In this document: piece after piece, positions 39,549 through 55,301 of the stretch | Numbering within the stretch: position 1 is the first letter of the stretch | How the letters are laid out: every line of letters starts with the position of its first letter | Origin: Octopus vulgaris | Lineage: Eukaryota | Direction of reading: 5' to 3' | NCBI GenBank assembly: GCA_951406725.2 | Contig: OX597815.1 | Coordinates: 195,424,001 to 195,488,000 of the forward strand | Length of the DNA stretch: 64,000 bases | The notes under the pieces: generated by a model | The model's database searches: none | The model's input: the letters and a program-made list of their open reading frames with translations, nothing else | What the model was told of the DNA's origin: nothing | Made by a program: the position numbers and the translations under genes

Positions 39549-39966
39549 GGCGCAGGAGTGGTTGTGTGGTAAGTAGCTTGCTTACCAACCACATGGTTCC
39601 ATGTTCAGTCCCACTGCGTGGCACCTTCGGCAAGTGTCTTCTGCTATAGCCTCGGGCCGACCAATGCCTTGTGAGTGGATTTGGTAGACGGAAACTGAAA
39701 GAAGCCTGTCGTATATATGTATATATATATAAGTGTGTGTGTATATGTTTGTGTCTGTGTTTGTCCCCCTAGCATTGCTTGACAACCGATGCTGGTGAGT
39801 TTACGTTCCCGTCACCTAGCGGTTCGGCAAAAAGAGACCGATAGAATAAGTACTGGGCTTACAAAGAATAAGTCCTGGGGATCAATTTGCTCGACTAAAG
39901 GCGGTGCTCCAGCATGGCCGCAGTCAAATGACTGAAACAAGTAAAAGAGTAAAAGAGTAAAGAGTA
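39549..39966 (+). mobile_element. tRNA-derived SINE (same family), full length
   Basis: Head through the AGTAAAAG-repeat tail. Confidence 0.88.
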
Positions 39967-40519
39967 ATGTAAAATAAATTCATTTAATATAACAGTATTT
40001 AAATATGAACTGCTAACAGTTTCATGCCATGGGTACCCGATAATTTGGCTGATTTATATAACATGCCTTGTGCCTCCAAGCCACATTTCAAGCAATATAA
40101 AATTCTGCAGAATTATCTTGTCGCCTTGCTATGAAACAATTGGTAGCTTTTACTAATACTGCATGTATTAATTGTTCATCTCTAAATGGATGGAATACTG
40201 CTTGGTTGATTTTTAGCTTTAGCCGTATAAATTAAAGTAGAATGCATACATAGGTTCCCAGCGTGGAAGAGCATGGTTTGGTGGGGAGCATTGTTTTATT
40301 GTTCTGTTGTCGTTCGTGGACCGTTAGTTGCTACTCACATCTGTCATGTGGTAGTACTTTTTTTCCTATCAAAAATTGGAATTTATGAATTTTCGAAGGG
40401 ATCTATATGTCTCCCCACAACATTCACTCTTTCTCTCTCATTCTCACTCATTCTCGGTCTCCCACTTTCTCACATACACACACAAACGAACACACACAAA
40501 GGCACGTATGCACCCACGC

Positions 40520-40555
<36 letters not shown>

Positions 40556-42001
40556 ATATGGTATTCTATGTAAGCAGGTATTGTAATTCTACAATTGTGC
40601 AGGTCTCTCTCTTACCCTCTCTCTCCCTCTCTTCTTCCGTATATATTTGTGTGTTTGCTTCGTGTGAGTATCTGTGTGTCTATGTCTGCTTATGTGTGTG
40701 TCTGGATGTGTGTGAATGAATGTGTGTGTGCACGCTTGCATGTCTATGAGTGTATATACGCGTGTGTACCTTCAGATAGATATTTGTACTTTGGCTAGTT
40801 TTCGTTTAGTTTTTCCTAATATAACAGGAAATATAGAATTTGATGTACCAAAAGCTATAGAAGAAATCTGGTAGGTATGGTTCCTCATTGCTGTATCCGA
40901 CTCTTCTTGCTCTGTTCCATTCACAATTTTCATCACTGTTGTCTTAAATCATCCACCCTAGCACCTGCATTATTAAAAGTATATATAGCATCAGCAATTT
41001 TATCACGTCCACAACATTTTAATAATAACCTACTGGTCGTTGACACAGCAGCAGTCATTGTCACTCACCTTATTTTTAGTGTCCCTATTATGAAGGACAT
41101 GGTCAGGTAGTAGTATTTCACTCAAAATCAATACACACGAAACATTCGAGCTATAAATTGGAAAACAATTATCGGAGCATTAACAAAGCTATTAATATTT
41201 TACGATTGAAAGCACTTGGGCGAAAGCAACAATATATGAACCCCCCCAAGTAAAATAAGGCAATTTAATTATTCTGAAATGCTGATCGTATCGTACTTCA
41301 GCAGTCGGCTTTAACAGAACCATTATTAACAAAGCTGTCACATGCTGAACAGAAACAGCTCGATCGTGTTAAGGAATATTAAATAATGCAAATGACAAAC
41401 ATTAGCCACCGCGAGTATGGTTTTGGCTTATCTGTTTTGGATTGGATTAATTATAGCTTTGCAATATTTATGTTCAAATATCTATATCATAATAATTAAT
41501 TAGAAGTTTCTTTCATATTGATAGCCACGAGTGATAACCATACAATAAGGTGTTTAAATGGCGGTAAACGTGAGAAATAGAAAATTATTTTTTGAAAGCT
41601 TTTCTATCAAAAATGACAAGACGCACATCAATTTATTTAAATTATATAAGCGTGGAACTGTGTTATAAATCTGTTAGTAATCCCGTGTGCCTATGTATGC
41701 GGGGGTAGGATCGCACAGGCCGCTTACCACCTACACTTCATCAAAGTGGGTTTGGAATCTATGTGCTACTAGTTATTATTTATGAATGGATTAGCTTCGA
41801 GTTATAGTGTTTATAAAGGTTGTTGATATAGTGTTCGATGTTTTTACGCATGCGTCCCAAAATGTGCACAGATATTTCTATATTGTACATCCACATATAC
41901 TTATATGCATCTTCGTACATATGTGTATGTATGTACGTATCTATGAATCTATATATATCTATATCTATCTATCTATCTGACTATCTATCTATGTAACCCT
42001 A

Positions 42002-42992
<991 letters not shown>

Positions 42993-43382
42993 TTGTAAAG
43001 ACTCGTTTTATTTATATTCCTGAGCGCCATACTAATACAATTGTTTGTTTGTACTCCACCTGCCTTCGTCTTTTGTTTATTTTCATAAAGCTTCCCGTTA
43101 TATATATATATATATATACAGAGGAAGAGAGAGAAGGGTGTAGAAAGAGAGGATGGCACACGAAAGTGTAGCGTAACGTAAATTCAAAAGTAACTTTACA
43201 TACACAAAATTGCTCCTAACCTTTCCTTTGCAAGAGCCATTGTGTTATTTCGACCGCTTGTAACTGCTGAACAAAAATAGCGCACTAGTCAATTGTTTCA
43301 TGCGTTATTCTCACCGTATCCTCACCACATTAGTTGATTGTAAGATTTCATTGAGTGAAAATCATTTGTCTTTTCTGCAATG

Positions 43383-44352
43383 ATGTACTCAATATGAGAA
43401 AGAACGAAGATTGTGTAACCACATGTGAGAACAGCTTCAGATAAGCAAATGCTTGAAATTTTCTATGTCAAGTTTTTGGTTAAAAGATTGTAAGAACAGA
43501 GAACGGTGCAAGTGTTAGTTTATAAGTGGCGTGCTACAGGGGCAGTGCACAATGCACCAAAAACAAACAGTTTCAACGTCGGAGGTTTACTAGAACATTC
43601 GCCAAGGAGTTGCCCGAAGACCAAATAAGTCAACGCGAAAATTGGTGCAGCAGTCTCACATAAGGAGGCGGTCTTACCAACAGGTTTTTAAAAGCTTAAA
43701 TTTCAAGCCATATCATTGCAGTAGTTAAAGTGGATGGCAAGAACAATCGATTAAATTACCTCACACGGTTTCCGGATAGAACTGCTAATGTTGAGCTTCA
43801 CCCGTTCCAGTACGTAATGAGTGACGAAGTTTTGGTTCATCTCTCTGCCCACGTATATTCCTGTAGATGAGCAGCCGTTCCACAATCAAAACCGCGGTGC
43901 TTGCTGTGCTGTTTCAGTGACAACCATCAATGGATATTGATATTTTTGACAGTACATTCAACATGGATGTCTACATGAAGATTTTTACCCATTTTGTGTC
44001 CAATTTACTGAAGGTGAATCACAAGTGTATATGCTACTTCCAACATGACGGGGTGAGTTGCAACACATCTCATGTGTCCATGTAACGATTCCATGAGATA
44101 TTCTCTGAGGAACGCACGATTAGCAGAAAGTTCTGGCTACCACGTTTTCCTGACATTTTCAAAGTGTGACTATTATCTCTGGAGACAAATGAAGAACACG
44201 TTTTAGGAAGAAATCTGCCTATAATATAGCAACTGAAGTACAATATCCCGCAAGCTGTCACCGACATCGATGTCACTATGTTAAGCCTGGTGTAACAATA
44301 CAGGGTTAGACGTGCTGACGCTGCGGCGAATCATTTTCAAAATCATCTGTGA
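43383..44352 (+). pseudogene. Tc1/mariner (maT/rosa-like DDD) transposase fossil
   Basis: Broken frames give MYSI*ERTKIV..., LVYKWRATGAVH, MSDE..HLS, YFQHDG, WLPRFPD..CDYYLW..MK and a HFQNHL* end; many stops and frameshifts. Confidence 0.8.
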
Positions 44353-45467
44353 TGGTGAGAACATTCAAACACTTGTAAATTATTTCCGTATTTACACTCT
44401 ACAAAGAAATGTGGGTTACTTTTTCGTATTCAAGTGTGTGAATGTGTGTGTGCATGTTTGTGTATGTGTGTCTGTGTACGTGTGAGTTTGTGTGTGTGTT
44501 TGTGTTTGTGTGTGTGTTTGTGTGTGTGTGTGTTTGTGTGTGTGTGTTTGTGTGCGTGTGTGTTTATGCGTTTGTGTATGTGTGTACGTATGATGTATTT
44601 TTCGGGTACGAATATAAATTATATCTAATAGGGAGGTTCTGGTTTGTGACTTCCAGAGTTTTGAGTTGAATGGAACCATCTCTTAACCACTATTGTTTCC
44701 AGATGTATTCTGTCCCGAAATAGCAGCACCAGCTCCAGTGCTGGGTTAACTAGCATTTGTGATGACAATCCGTTTGAGTGATGGGACGCAGAAATATCCT
44801 CGATTGGTGTCAGAGTTTGCGGTATCATCACTGTGATTGAGACACCCCTCACCGTTGTAACAGTATACATTCTAGGGGAGGAACACCATGCTGTAAAATC
44901 TTCACTTTCAAGTGTTTCTGATCGGTATACCTGAGCTGAGATGTGAAGAATATCTGCTTTTCCAGCACCTCAACATTTGTATGTAGATGTTATATTTGCG
45001 TGAGGGAGGCATAGAATTTGAAACAATATTGCGAAGAAAATTTGCTATATGATTAAATGTCAAAAAAGGAGATTGGAAAAAATATATGTTATGTTATTTA
45101 AACACTATTACACATGTTTCCTTTCCCACTAAGGAATTTGTTAGTTATATCCTAGAAATTTTTCAGAAAGAGAATCAAAATAACACAAAACTTGCATTTC
45201 CTTGAAGCTATAATTTATATTCAAGATCATGAACAGCTATCCAGTACATGGTTAAAGGAGTGAATAAGGGAAAATGCTGTAATTTTAGAAAAGAGAGTTA
45301 GACACGGTTGTAATAGACACGTACACACATACCCATTCAGATTTATATGTATGTATATATATGCCGGCGTAAGCACATTAATGTGAAACATGGTGAAAAG
45401 AAGAGTACTCAAATAGAAAAGGTAGAGTTATATGCTTTATTTAAAAGCAGCAGAAATATAACAGAAG

Positions 45468-45505
45468 CTGTTAATCAGAGTTTCACGTTTCCGTTCGTCT
45501 GACAG
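45468..45505 (-). ncRNA. Degenerate hammerhead-like motif
   Basis: Minus strand CTGT-CAGACGA-ACG(GAAA)CGT-GAAA-CTCTGATTA-ACAG. Stems I and II are present; U4 and stem III are mutated. Confidence 0.4.
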
Positions 45506-46600
45506 TTTTGTTAATATGGAAGAGAAATAACGATATGATCAAAACTAGTTAAAGTATACACGTTTAAAAATGGATTTGTTTCATTGGTCCTTCCAATTAA
45601 CAGTGTTAAGTATGCAATGAACAAAATAAACAAAATGAATGAATTCAATATAAATTAATCCTAATATAAAAATCGAGGAAAACCTTAAATTGAAAATCCA
45701 AAATACAAATTGTAAATAATTATATACGAAATATAATTAAATTAATACATTTAAATTAAAATTAAAATTTTCACGCTGCATTACATACATATTTTACAAC
45801 AGTATATACGCATACTAAACCATCAATATACATATATACATCAAAATACACATACAGATGCACATAGACTACATACATATATATGTAAGGCGTAAATACT
45901 TAGGCAAATACACATATACACATGCATACATATGTACTGTTGTAAAATATTTATGTAATGCAGTGTGAACATTTTTACTTATTCGTCCCTTTTGCCGAAC
46001 CACTAAGTTAAGGGGACGTAGAGACATCACCGCAGGTTGTCAACGATGATGGGGGACGAAGACAGACACTAAGACACACACACACATACATACATCGATT
46101 CATACGATGGGATTCTTTTAGTTTCCTCTAAGAAATCCACTTATAAGGCTGTGGTTGGTCAAGGCTATACTAGAAGAGAATTATCCAAGGTGCCACGCAA
46201 TGGGACTCAGCCTGAAACCATGTAGCTGGGAATCAAGCTTCTTACCACACAGCCACGTTATATGGAATTATATCTTACACCCACCTAACGTACCCAGAGC
46301 AGATGAAGTCCTTTAGTTAGCATCGCATCTAATAGAAATTAACAATATACAAAACTTGTATTTTGTTAGCTACTGAACTAGTGGCAGTTGTTGAAGTAGA
46401 TCGATACAAGTGTTAAGGACGAGAGAATAGGACTCAGATAGGAAAATCGAGGTAAGCTATATTTATCATACCGGTTGTTCAAAAAACGAAAGGAGCGGCC
46501 CAGCAATATCACGCTTCCTTCATAACTTCCATTGGTAACGACATCACCAAAGGAAATATGTACAGTAAGCTACTGGTATTCTTCAAATTTAATCATCATA

Positions 46601-46799
46601 GGCGCAGGAGTGGCTGTGTGGTAAGTAGCTTGTTTACCAACCACATGGTTCCGAGTCCAGTCCCACTGCGTGGCTCCTTGGGCAAGTGTCTTCTACTATA
46701 GCCTCGGGCCGACCAAAGCCTTGTGAGTGGATTTGGTAGACGGAAACTGAAAGAAACCCGTCGTATGTATGTATATATATATATATATATATATATACA

Positions 46800-46845
<46 letters not shown>

Positions 46846-47058
46846 TGTGTGTGTTTGTGTGTCTGTGTTTGTCCCCCTAGCATTGCTTGACAACCGATGC
46901 TGGTGTATTTATGTCCCCGTTACTTAGCGGTTCGGCAAAAGAGACCGATAAAATAAGTACTGGGCTTACAAAAGAATAAGTCCCGGGTTTGAGTTGCTCG
47001 ATAGGAGGCGGTGCTCCAGCATGGCCGCACTCAAATGACTGAAACAAGTAAAAGAGAG
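46601..47058 (+). mobile_element. tRNA-derived SINE (same family)
   Basis: Full-length match. Confidence 0.88.
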
Positions 47059-48067
47059 AGAGAGAGTATCTGCACAGGCTATCATAGAGTGATAATAAAT
47101 TCACAAATGCCTGGTACCTGCACAAAAAAAAACATTAAGATGCAGGAACCTCATTCGCGGATGTAACTACAATCCACCACTAACACTACCACGGTCACCA
47201 CCACCAACAACAACAACAACAACACCATATCTGTGCCACACATGATTTCCTTATCATCCGTATGATTATCGACAAATGCAAATATTTATCAAACCCTGAC
47301 GATATACATTAAATACAACACTCAGCTACACCCACCACATTTTATATATGTATATAATACGAGACCTGTAATATGGAAATAAAGAAGATACAAAATATGT
47401 GCTTTGCACACTACAAAAGATGTTTTGTTTTATAGTATTGCGTTCCCATGCATAAATATATTAAACATAACCTTATTCAACAACAACATCAATGTGTATC
47501 GCATAGTTTTCAGAGTTGACTGAATGGATCCATTGAATATTACTCCATTACTGGTAAAGTGTTATAAATACATTCAAGTCGAGTTATGCACAATGTACCA
47601 TTAAAAAGCCAAATAGATGAAAGAACTATGGATAATTTTATTGAATTATGAACGATCAGAAGAATTTCAATATGGAGGCATAATACAAACTGGCCATGTT
47701 TTTTTATAGAAAATACTGAATATTATCATTATCATCACCATTATTAATATTATTATTATTATTATTATTTACTCATTTATTTATTTATTTATTTATAGCG
47801 ATATTTGTAGCAACAGTGTTAGTAGTAGAAGGAAAAATATGTTGGTTGTACTCTTGTTATTTTTAGTTTATGCATATATATATGCATGTATATACACACA
47901 TATAATATCTATATATGTGTATATGCATGAATATATATACATATATATATATATACATATATACACATATATAGACATATATATATACATGTATATATAT
48001 GGACATATATATATATTCACATATATATACATATACATATATTCACACACACACACACACACACACA

Positions 48068-48109
<42 letters not shown>

Positions 48110-48156
48110 CTTATATATATATAGATATGAAACATGCGTGCAAGGCATACAATATC

Positions 48157-48647
48157 CTTAAGATTATAAACCTGGAAAAGTTCAGGACAGGTTATTACAT
48201 CTGGTAAAGTACAAAGCAAGACAAATCTTACTTAAACTAATGCAGCTAAGGATAAGTTTCAAATAAAATATTGAAATTTAGAAAATATTAGCTTTTATAA
48301 AGACTGAAAAATTTACTAAATGTTGTTCTATTTGTTATTATTTGTTATTTCTATTAAAAATAAAACATAACTCAAAATATTTTTCGAACGTTGAAAAAAT
48401 TTGTTTTTTGACTTATTAATTAAAAATTAGAAGTTTGAAAATAAGTTATAACAAATAATAGTTGTACGTAATTAGTTAGTACAATAAATAGAAGAATGCC
48501 AGTATTAGTTATATATTACAGCAAAATTTACATTTAACAACAAATTCACTGTAAAATTTGCTTGAGTTATTGCCTAAGATATTGCCATGCCTTGACATTT
48601 TTAGGGTAACAGCTTGTCCTAAACTTTTCCAGGTTTATAATCTTAAG
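48157..48647. mobile_element. MITE with long TIRs and TTAA at both ends
   Basis: CTTAAGATTATAAACCTGGAAAAGTT.AGGACA at the left end and its reverse complement at the right end. Confidence 0.75.
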
Positions 48648-49057
48648 AATTTTATTTTTCTTGCTTCTATTTTCCATTTACTCCATATTTTTTCCAGGCT
48701 ATGCTTTTACGCTAGTTAATAATGCGTCACAAAATAATTTAAGATTTTACCTTGTTGAAAATTGAATAATAAATTTAAAGTGTGTGATCTGTGTATGCGC
48801 GTGTGAGAGAGAGGTGTGTATTGTTAGAGTGAGAGAGACAGAGACAGAGACAGAGAGAAATAGAGAGAGACAGAGTCAGAGAAACTGTGTGTTGCTCTGT
48901 GTGTGACAGAAAGTGAGAGAGAGATAGTGTGAGAGCGTAAATTCTATGTTTAATTTTTATCGCACATTTTTCCAGTTTATGTTTGTCTGAGAGTGAGACA
49001 GAGAAAGAGGTGTTGACATAGAGAGAGAGGGAGAGAGAGAGAAGGTGTCCTTTGCTC

Positions 49058-49089
<32 letters not shown>

Positions 49090-50892
49090 GAAGTGTGTGA
49101 TAACGTAAATTTCATTTATTTAGTCTTCATTGCATATTTTTAGTGAGTATATGAGTGAATGACTGAGAGAGAGAGAGACAGAAAGAGAGAAAGTGGGATT
49201 GTTATGTATATGTAAAATGGCTAGGGTCAGTCACACACGCACACAAACACATACGTGCACATATTATCTGTCGTATACATGTACAGACATAAATACATAT
49301 GCATGGATGTTTTTTTTATATACTTATGTGCGTGAGGGAAATAAAAAGTTAGTCACTGAGTGAAGGTGTGTGTTCTCATGAAAACTTTTTTTTTTTTGCA
49401 TGTATGTTGAAGTAGGTAAGTAAAATTTACGCCCTCTCTCTCTCTCACTCTTTCTCTCTCAGTCAATCACTCACACACACTGAAAAAGATGTGAAAAAAA
49501 TAAATAAAATATATAAGCTCTCACTCTTTCCCTCTCTCTCTCTCACACACGCGCACACACATACACATACAACACACACTTTCTCTCTCGCTTTCTCCCT
49601 TAAAATGAAAGATTGCCAAATTGGCTAGACTTTTGCTAAAATTTCTAAATACTATTTTAATTTTTTTCATTTTTATGATATAATTGCTTTAATTAATACA
49701 GATGACGTAATTAAACTAATTGCAAATTACCGATGTCGTTGATCATTTTCCTTACCTCAATGATACCGGTGACATATTAAAACTCCCTTACAGAAGTATA
49801 TTCGTAAAAAGTATAGAACTTTTCTGTCACTCTCAAATTTTAGAAACAAACACTCATAACTATTTCTTAAAACTTCAATGCATGAGATTGATGCCAAGAA
49901 ATTCCTCGAAATGAGCGCTATCATTTAAGCTTAATTAAAATAAGTTGTTCCTAAAATTTAAAAAAATGTTAATTATACTTAAATCCAATTTTTGGCCGTA
50001 TATTTTTTTTCATATTTTACATCAACTTTTTTTTATACAACTATGAATTTCTTCATGCTTTCATCTATCGGTGAAGCCAAGATAAATATACTTTGCTTTT
50101 AAAATAAAAATGTTATTAAGAACTAAACTCGATTGTGATTGTTACTTACTCTCCTATAACGTTGCTACAAATTTTGACGTAATTTTTTTTTCTACTGGTC
50201 CAAATATCAATTTGTTATGCCAAAATGTAGCTATCGACTAGCCCTCTTCGAAAATGTTAACAGTTTTCAATTTGATTAAGAACTAAATTAGCGACAAGGT
50301 TCTGAAGATGCTACCTGTGAGTAAATTGTGGCCTTAAGAGTTGGGAAATGGAATTCAAATGTTTCAAAGAATAACAGAAAAAAGAAAACTGAACTGTCTT
50401 TGAATTTGATACTTGCTGGTGGCAAGGCAACACTTAAGGTTCAGACGTTCAAATATGTTCATCAAAATATGCCATACGACGAGTTTTGTGCTTCCATGTA
50501 TGTGTGTGTATTTGTGTGTGTGTCCGTGAGTGTGTGTGTGCCGGCGTGCGTGCATATGTGTTTGTCGGCGTGCGTGCATATGTGAGTAGGCGTGTGTGCG
50601 TGCGTGTGTCTGGTGGTGGGGGTGTACGTGCGTGTGTGAAAATATTGGTCTATCCAGAGAATTCGCTCATTTGCTTCCAATTCTATATGAATTAACACAA
50701 AATATACTTTAACTGTATTACTTTTCGGTTGTTGCAGTAGTATTTTTTCTCAACATATTCTCAAATATGAATATATATATATATATATATATATAACGGG
50801 AAGGTTTACGAAAATAAACAAAAGACGAAGGCAGATGGAGTACAAACAAACAAATGTATTTGTGTGGCGCTCAGGAATAGAAATAGAACAAG

Positions 50893-50930
50893 TCTTTTAC
50901 GTTTCGAGTCTACGCTCTTCGACAGAAAGA
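50893..50930 (-). ncRNA. Hammerhead-like motif, A6U variant (CUGUCGA)
   Basis: Minus strand TCTTT-CTGTCGA-A-GAG(CGTAGA)CTC-GAAACGTA-AAAGA. Perfect 5-bp stem I, ACGU palindrome, GUA triplet. Confidence 0.55.
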
Positions 50931-51095
50931 TACACAGAAAAAAAAAACAAGGAGAGAAACAAGGAGAGAAAAAAATGCGTGTAGTAGCTAACGATCTAAC
51001 ATATCACATATATATATATCACATTACTGAGAAGAAATATATTTATATATATATATATATATATAGATATAGATATAATAGAAATATTAAAATTA

Positions 51096-51347
51096 CTAAG
51101 TCTCTCTAAAGGAGATTACGGCAGCGTTACTGGAAATTAATAGTTATCGCCATACTAATATGGCAATCTTATAAATATAAGACTAAAGCTGTCGATGATT
51201 AGCTCCTAGAGGCCACCGCCTCAAGCTAGCTATTTGACACACAATCTGCGTCCATTATAGACTTTCGAACAGGGGAGGTCAGCCGCTTCATCCTGCTAGT
51301 CAGACAGCTGCAGACGCGTTTCAGGGTAGTTGCCCTTTATCAATGTA
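51096..51347 (-). mobile_element. Short hammerhead-bearing repeat family (paralogues 9555-9880 and 59105-59310)
   Basis: Shared block ...AGCTCC.AGAGGCCA..GCCTC.AGCTAGCTAT.TGACA.AC.A.CTG.GTCCATTATA..CTTCGAACAGGGGAGGTC at all three loci, all next to (TA)n. Confidence 0.75.
51309..51347 (-). ncRNA. Minimal type I hammerhead, U3:A8 variant
   Basis: Minus strand TACA-TTGATAA-AGGG(CAACTA)CCCT-GAAACGCGTC-TGCA. C3-G8 is replaced by the compensatory U3-A8 pair; palindromic ACGCGU stem III; GUC cleavage triplet. Confidence 0.75.
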
Positions 51348-51613
51348 TGTATATATATATATATAAATATATCTATCAAATTATCTATCAATTTGTCAAG
51401 CTGCCTGTATGTCTGTCTGTCTGTCTATCTATCTATCTAACTATCTATCTATCTATCGATCTATCTGTATATATGTCTCTCTGTATGTCTATCTATCTAT
51501 CTATTTATCTCTCTCTCTCACTCTCTCTCTATATATATAAATATATATATATATAAATCTATCTATCAATTTATCTATCAATTTGTCTAGCTGTCTGTCT
51601 GTCTGTCGGTCTG

Positions 51614-51650
<37 letters not shown>

Positions 51651-52327
51651 ATATCTATCTATCTGTCTATCTGTCTATCTGTCTGTCTGTCTGTATGTCT
51701 GTCTATCTGTCTGTCTTTCTGTCTCTCTGTCTCTCTGTCTATCTATCTATCTATCTATCAATCTGACTGCCTGTATGTCTGTCGACTGAACCTGGAAATA
51801 CGTAGCTAAAATGCGAACTTCTTACACACACCATAATGCCTATATATTTCCGTAATAGCAGCCATGTTGTGGTAAGTGTTTAGAAGAGTTTTAGTAAAAA
51901 GAAAAATCCACCACAGGAATTAGATTTAATGATTTGTATGTATTCAATTGTTCAATTTTGATGAACTGCCACGTAACGCATATATAAGCAAACCAACACC
52001 TCTTTCTCGTGCAGTGAGAGTCGAAATCAACACAAGCACAGACACACACACATATCTATGTGTGTGTGGACACACCTATATATATGTGTTTTATATATGT
52101 ATATATATATACAAATTGAGATAGGGGTTGTAAGTGCAACCCTCCATGGGATAACATATATCCAATATACTGCTAGTAAAGCATCCAACAAAGTTAATAC
52201 ATAAATGTTAAGAATTGCGATGCAATTAATTCATTTACTGTATTATATGGGCAAAGGTAAAATGTTTTACCACAAATTAATAATACAAAATAAGAAAATG
52301 GAGATGTGTTTCTCCATTTTCTTATTT

Positions 52328-52367
<40 letters not shown>

Positions 52368-53353
52368 AACATACACAAATGCTCACAGAGAGACATCCCA
52401 CACACACATATATATATTAATATTTGTTTTATCTTTGGTTATAATGAAAGCGATTTTACATTATTTACAGACTTTACTTTTTGTAGAACACATGTTTATT
52501 GCTTGTTAACAAGAATATCACTGACAGGGACTTCGAAGTTTCAACCAGATAACTCCGGCGGTGGCTAAGGTGGCCAAAACTTCAAAGCCACTGTCTAATA
52601 TACTTGTTCAATAATAATACACACACACAGGCAAGCACACATGCACACGCACGCATGCGCACATACACGCACATATTTCTTTTACTTGTGTTACAGCTAG
52701 ACTGAGAGTACATATTCTATTGAATTATTGAAACTGAGCCCCCCCTCCCATCGCAGACTCCATTCAGCCGGACATTATAATGTGTTTCTATTCCATGGCA
52801 TTTGATCATCAACTGTTTATATGTTTGTTTATTATGCAATAATATCTTCCTTAATATTTACCTTTCATTTATGGAAGGATAATGGAATTTCTTTTTGGAG
52901 CCGATGTCCAAACATAAATCATATTTTATAAGAAAGCTTTTTCTTTCATTCTTATAATGACATAATTTTTACCGAATGGATTGATTTATTTCGGCATTAT
53001 ATGATTGGAAGAAGCTATACTGGACTTTGAATGCAAAAGACAAAATCAATACGATTTGGGGGTTATTGTGTGAGACAATCTTAGAAGTTCTTGCTTATCC
53101 GGATGTTTCAATGCATCTTACAAATCTACAATACAATAAAAGTGCTTAGGATATTATATGATATACACTTGAATATTTATACATATGTAGTCACGCGGAT
53201 AGTCTAGTCAAATTCACACATGCGCACACCCATAGACACATACGCATATATCTATGTATCTCTCTGTCAAGGCGTACATAGATAATATACAAATAAGCAA
53301 ACACACATATATTACACACACATACACACATAATCACACACACACATGCACAA

Positions 53354-53400
<47 letters not shown>

Positions 53401-55009
53401 CATATATATTCATATATGTAATATGTATAAGATATATGTATGTACTTTTCGTATATATCTGCATATGTATGTGACTGCATATCAGTTAGTATATATATAT
53501 ATATACAGAATTTTTTGCAATCTTCTCATTTTATTCCTCTAAGTAAATCACTGCAAATATTTGATAATCTATTGCAATAGTTTTAAAGATAAATATCAGT
53601 GTTATTGTCCTGGACTATCTGCTTGTCTCGAGGTATAAAACTAATAAAACTTTAGAGAAGTAATTCGGCTTGTGTAATTGTATTCACTTGCATTCCAAAT
53701 GGAAAGATTATGAGATATGATTGAGTTACACGATGCAAATGTCTTTTGCTTAAGATGAATATTTGTATCGTTTGATTCAGATTTTATTGAATTAAACGAA
53801 TGTATGAGGTTATGTTTCCAGATCTCTCCAACATCGCGATAGTTTTCGAAATTCGCTATGAGAGACAATCGATCAGATCTCATCATAGTTTTAACTAATC
53901 AGTAATACAACAATGACGAAAATTTGGCTTTGTCTGTTCCCATCTTATACTAATTTTGTTTGTTGTTTGCATAAGATAATGTTATGGGTAAAAATAAGCT
54001 TAGGCGTACCTATGGTAAGCATCTAAAGCTGTATCGTATCTAAGCCCGCCTTATAGTAAAGCAATGCTTATTCAGGACAATAAAATTTTCGGGCTGGACA
54101 GTGAAATTGAATTTCCTTGTTTTAAGTGATTTCTTTTTCCGGTGACAGAAATTGGAATATCACAGAAATATATGTGGTTGAGGATATTGTATTGTGTATT
54201 CTAATGTAGATCCTGATTTTAAGAAATAGTGATGAAATGTCTTAAAGAATATCGAGTAACACATTCTATGTGATCAAACACATAGAATGTGATTTGTCAA
54301 GCTTTAACGATGGACAGCATTCACATAAGAGAAGCAAACGTCGGATTACAATTGATGGTTGTAAATGTTGCACTTAAAAAGTTTTTTTTTAAATGCGGCA
54401 ATTTGTGAGTTTTCTCTGAATCAGGATAACTGCGGCCCGTCTACGAGTTGTGTTCCACGAAGCGGACTGGCTGTTGCAGACAGTGACGCTGGCCATCCCA
54501 TGTGACAACACCTTTGCAATCATTATCCATGATATGCGGCTGAACACACCATTTGGTCTGGAGTGTACGATTCATTACTCCTTATATTCCCATCTTCTGT
54601 CGCTTAATTCACCTTATTCTTGATAGTTCTTCATTCTCAATTATATTTTTCTTTTTCCTCTTCCTTCCTGTAAAAATCTATTGATGATAAATTTTGCCGC
54701 TAAAGCATTGCTTAATGCTTCCCTCATAAAATATATTTAATTCAATAAACAATAATCTGGGGTTAAACTGAAAATCCATTGTTGGAGGAGGAATGCAGAA
54801 ATAAATTAAAATTGTATTCAATGTGTAATATCGGAATTAAAAATAGTTTACATAAAAAGAACCTGAATTAAGAATGATGTAGTTACAAAAATGACCGCTA
54901 TTACGTTACTGTAGTTTTATAGTTTCATGAAGAATTGGAGTAAATATATTTTTCAAAAGAGCTAATTTTCTACAATATCAAAGGTATATACATGAGGATA
55001 AATTATCAA

Positions 55010-55230
55010 TAATAATAAAAGGTAAAATTAATTAATTAATTAATTAATTAATTAATAATTAATAATTTTCCAAGTAGTTCGGTTTGTTAAAAGAACCATT
55101 ATCGGTAAACTTATACAACAATTCTATAATTGTTAGTATAATTATAATTAAGGGTTCGGCAAAATTTGCTTCACCGCATACTGAAATTTAGAAATAGCAG
55201 TTACACTACTATTTCGCTACCATAAAATAT
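55010..55230 (+). repeat. Dispersed AT-rich repeat (paralogue ~61377-61575)
   Basis: Shared AAATTAATTAAT...CCAAGTAG...ACCATT...GGTAAACTTA...ATTTGCTT.ACC.CATAC.GAA.TTTAGAAATAGCAG. Confidence 0.65.
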
Positions 55231-55301
55231 CTCCCAGACAGCAATACTCAGCAACTCACGCAGGTAAAGAGAAACAAAATAACGAATCCACCCGGCTCTC
55301 A

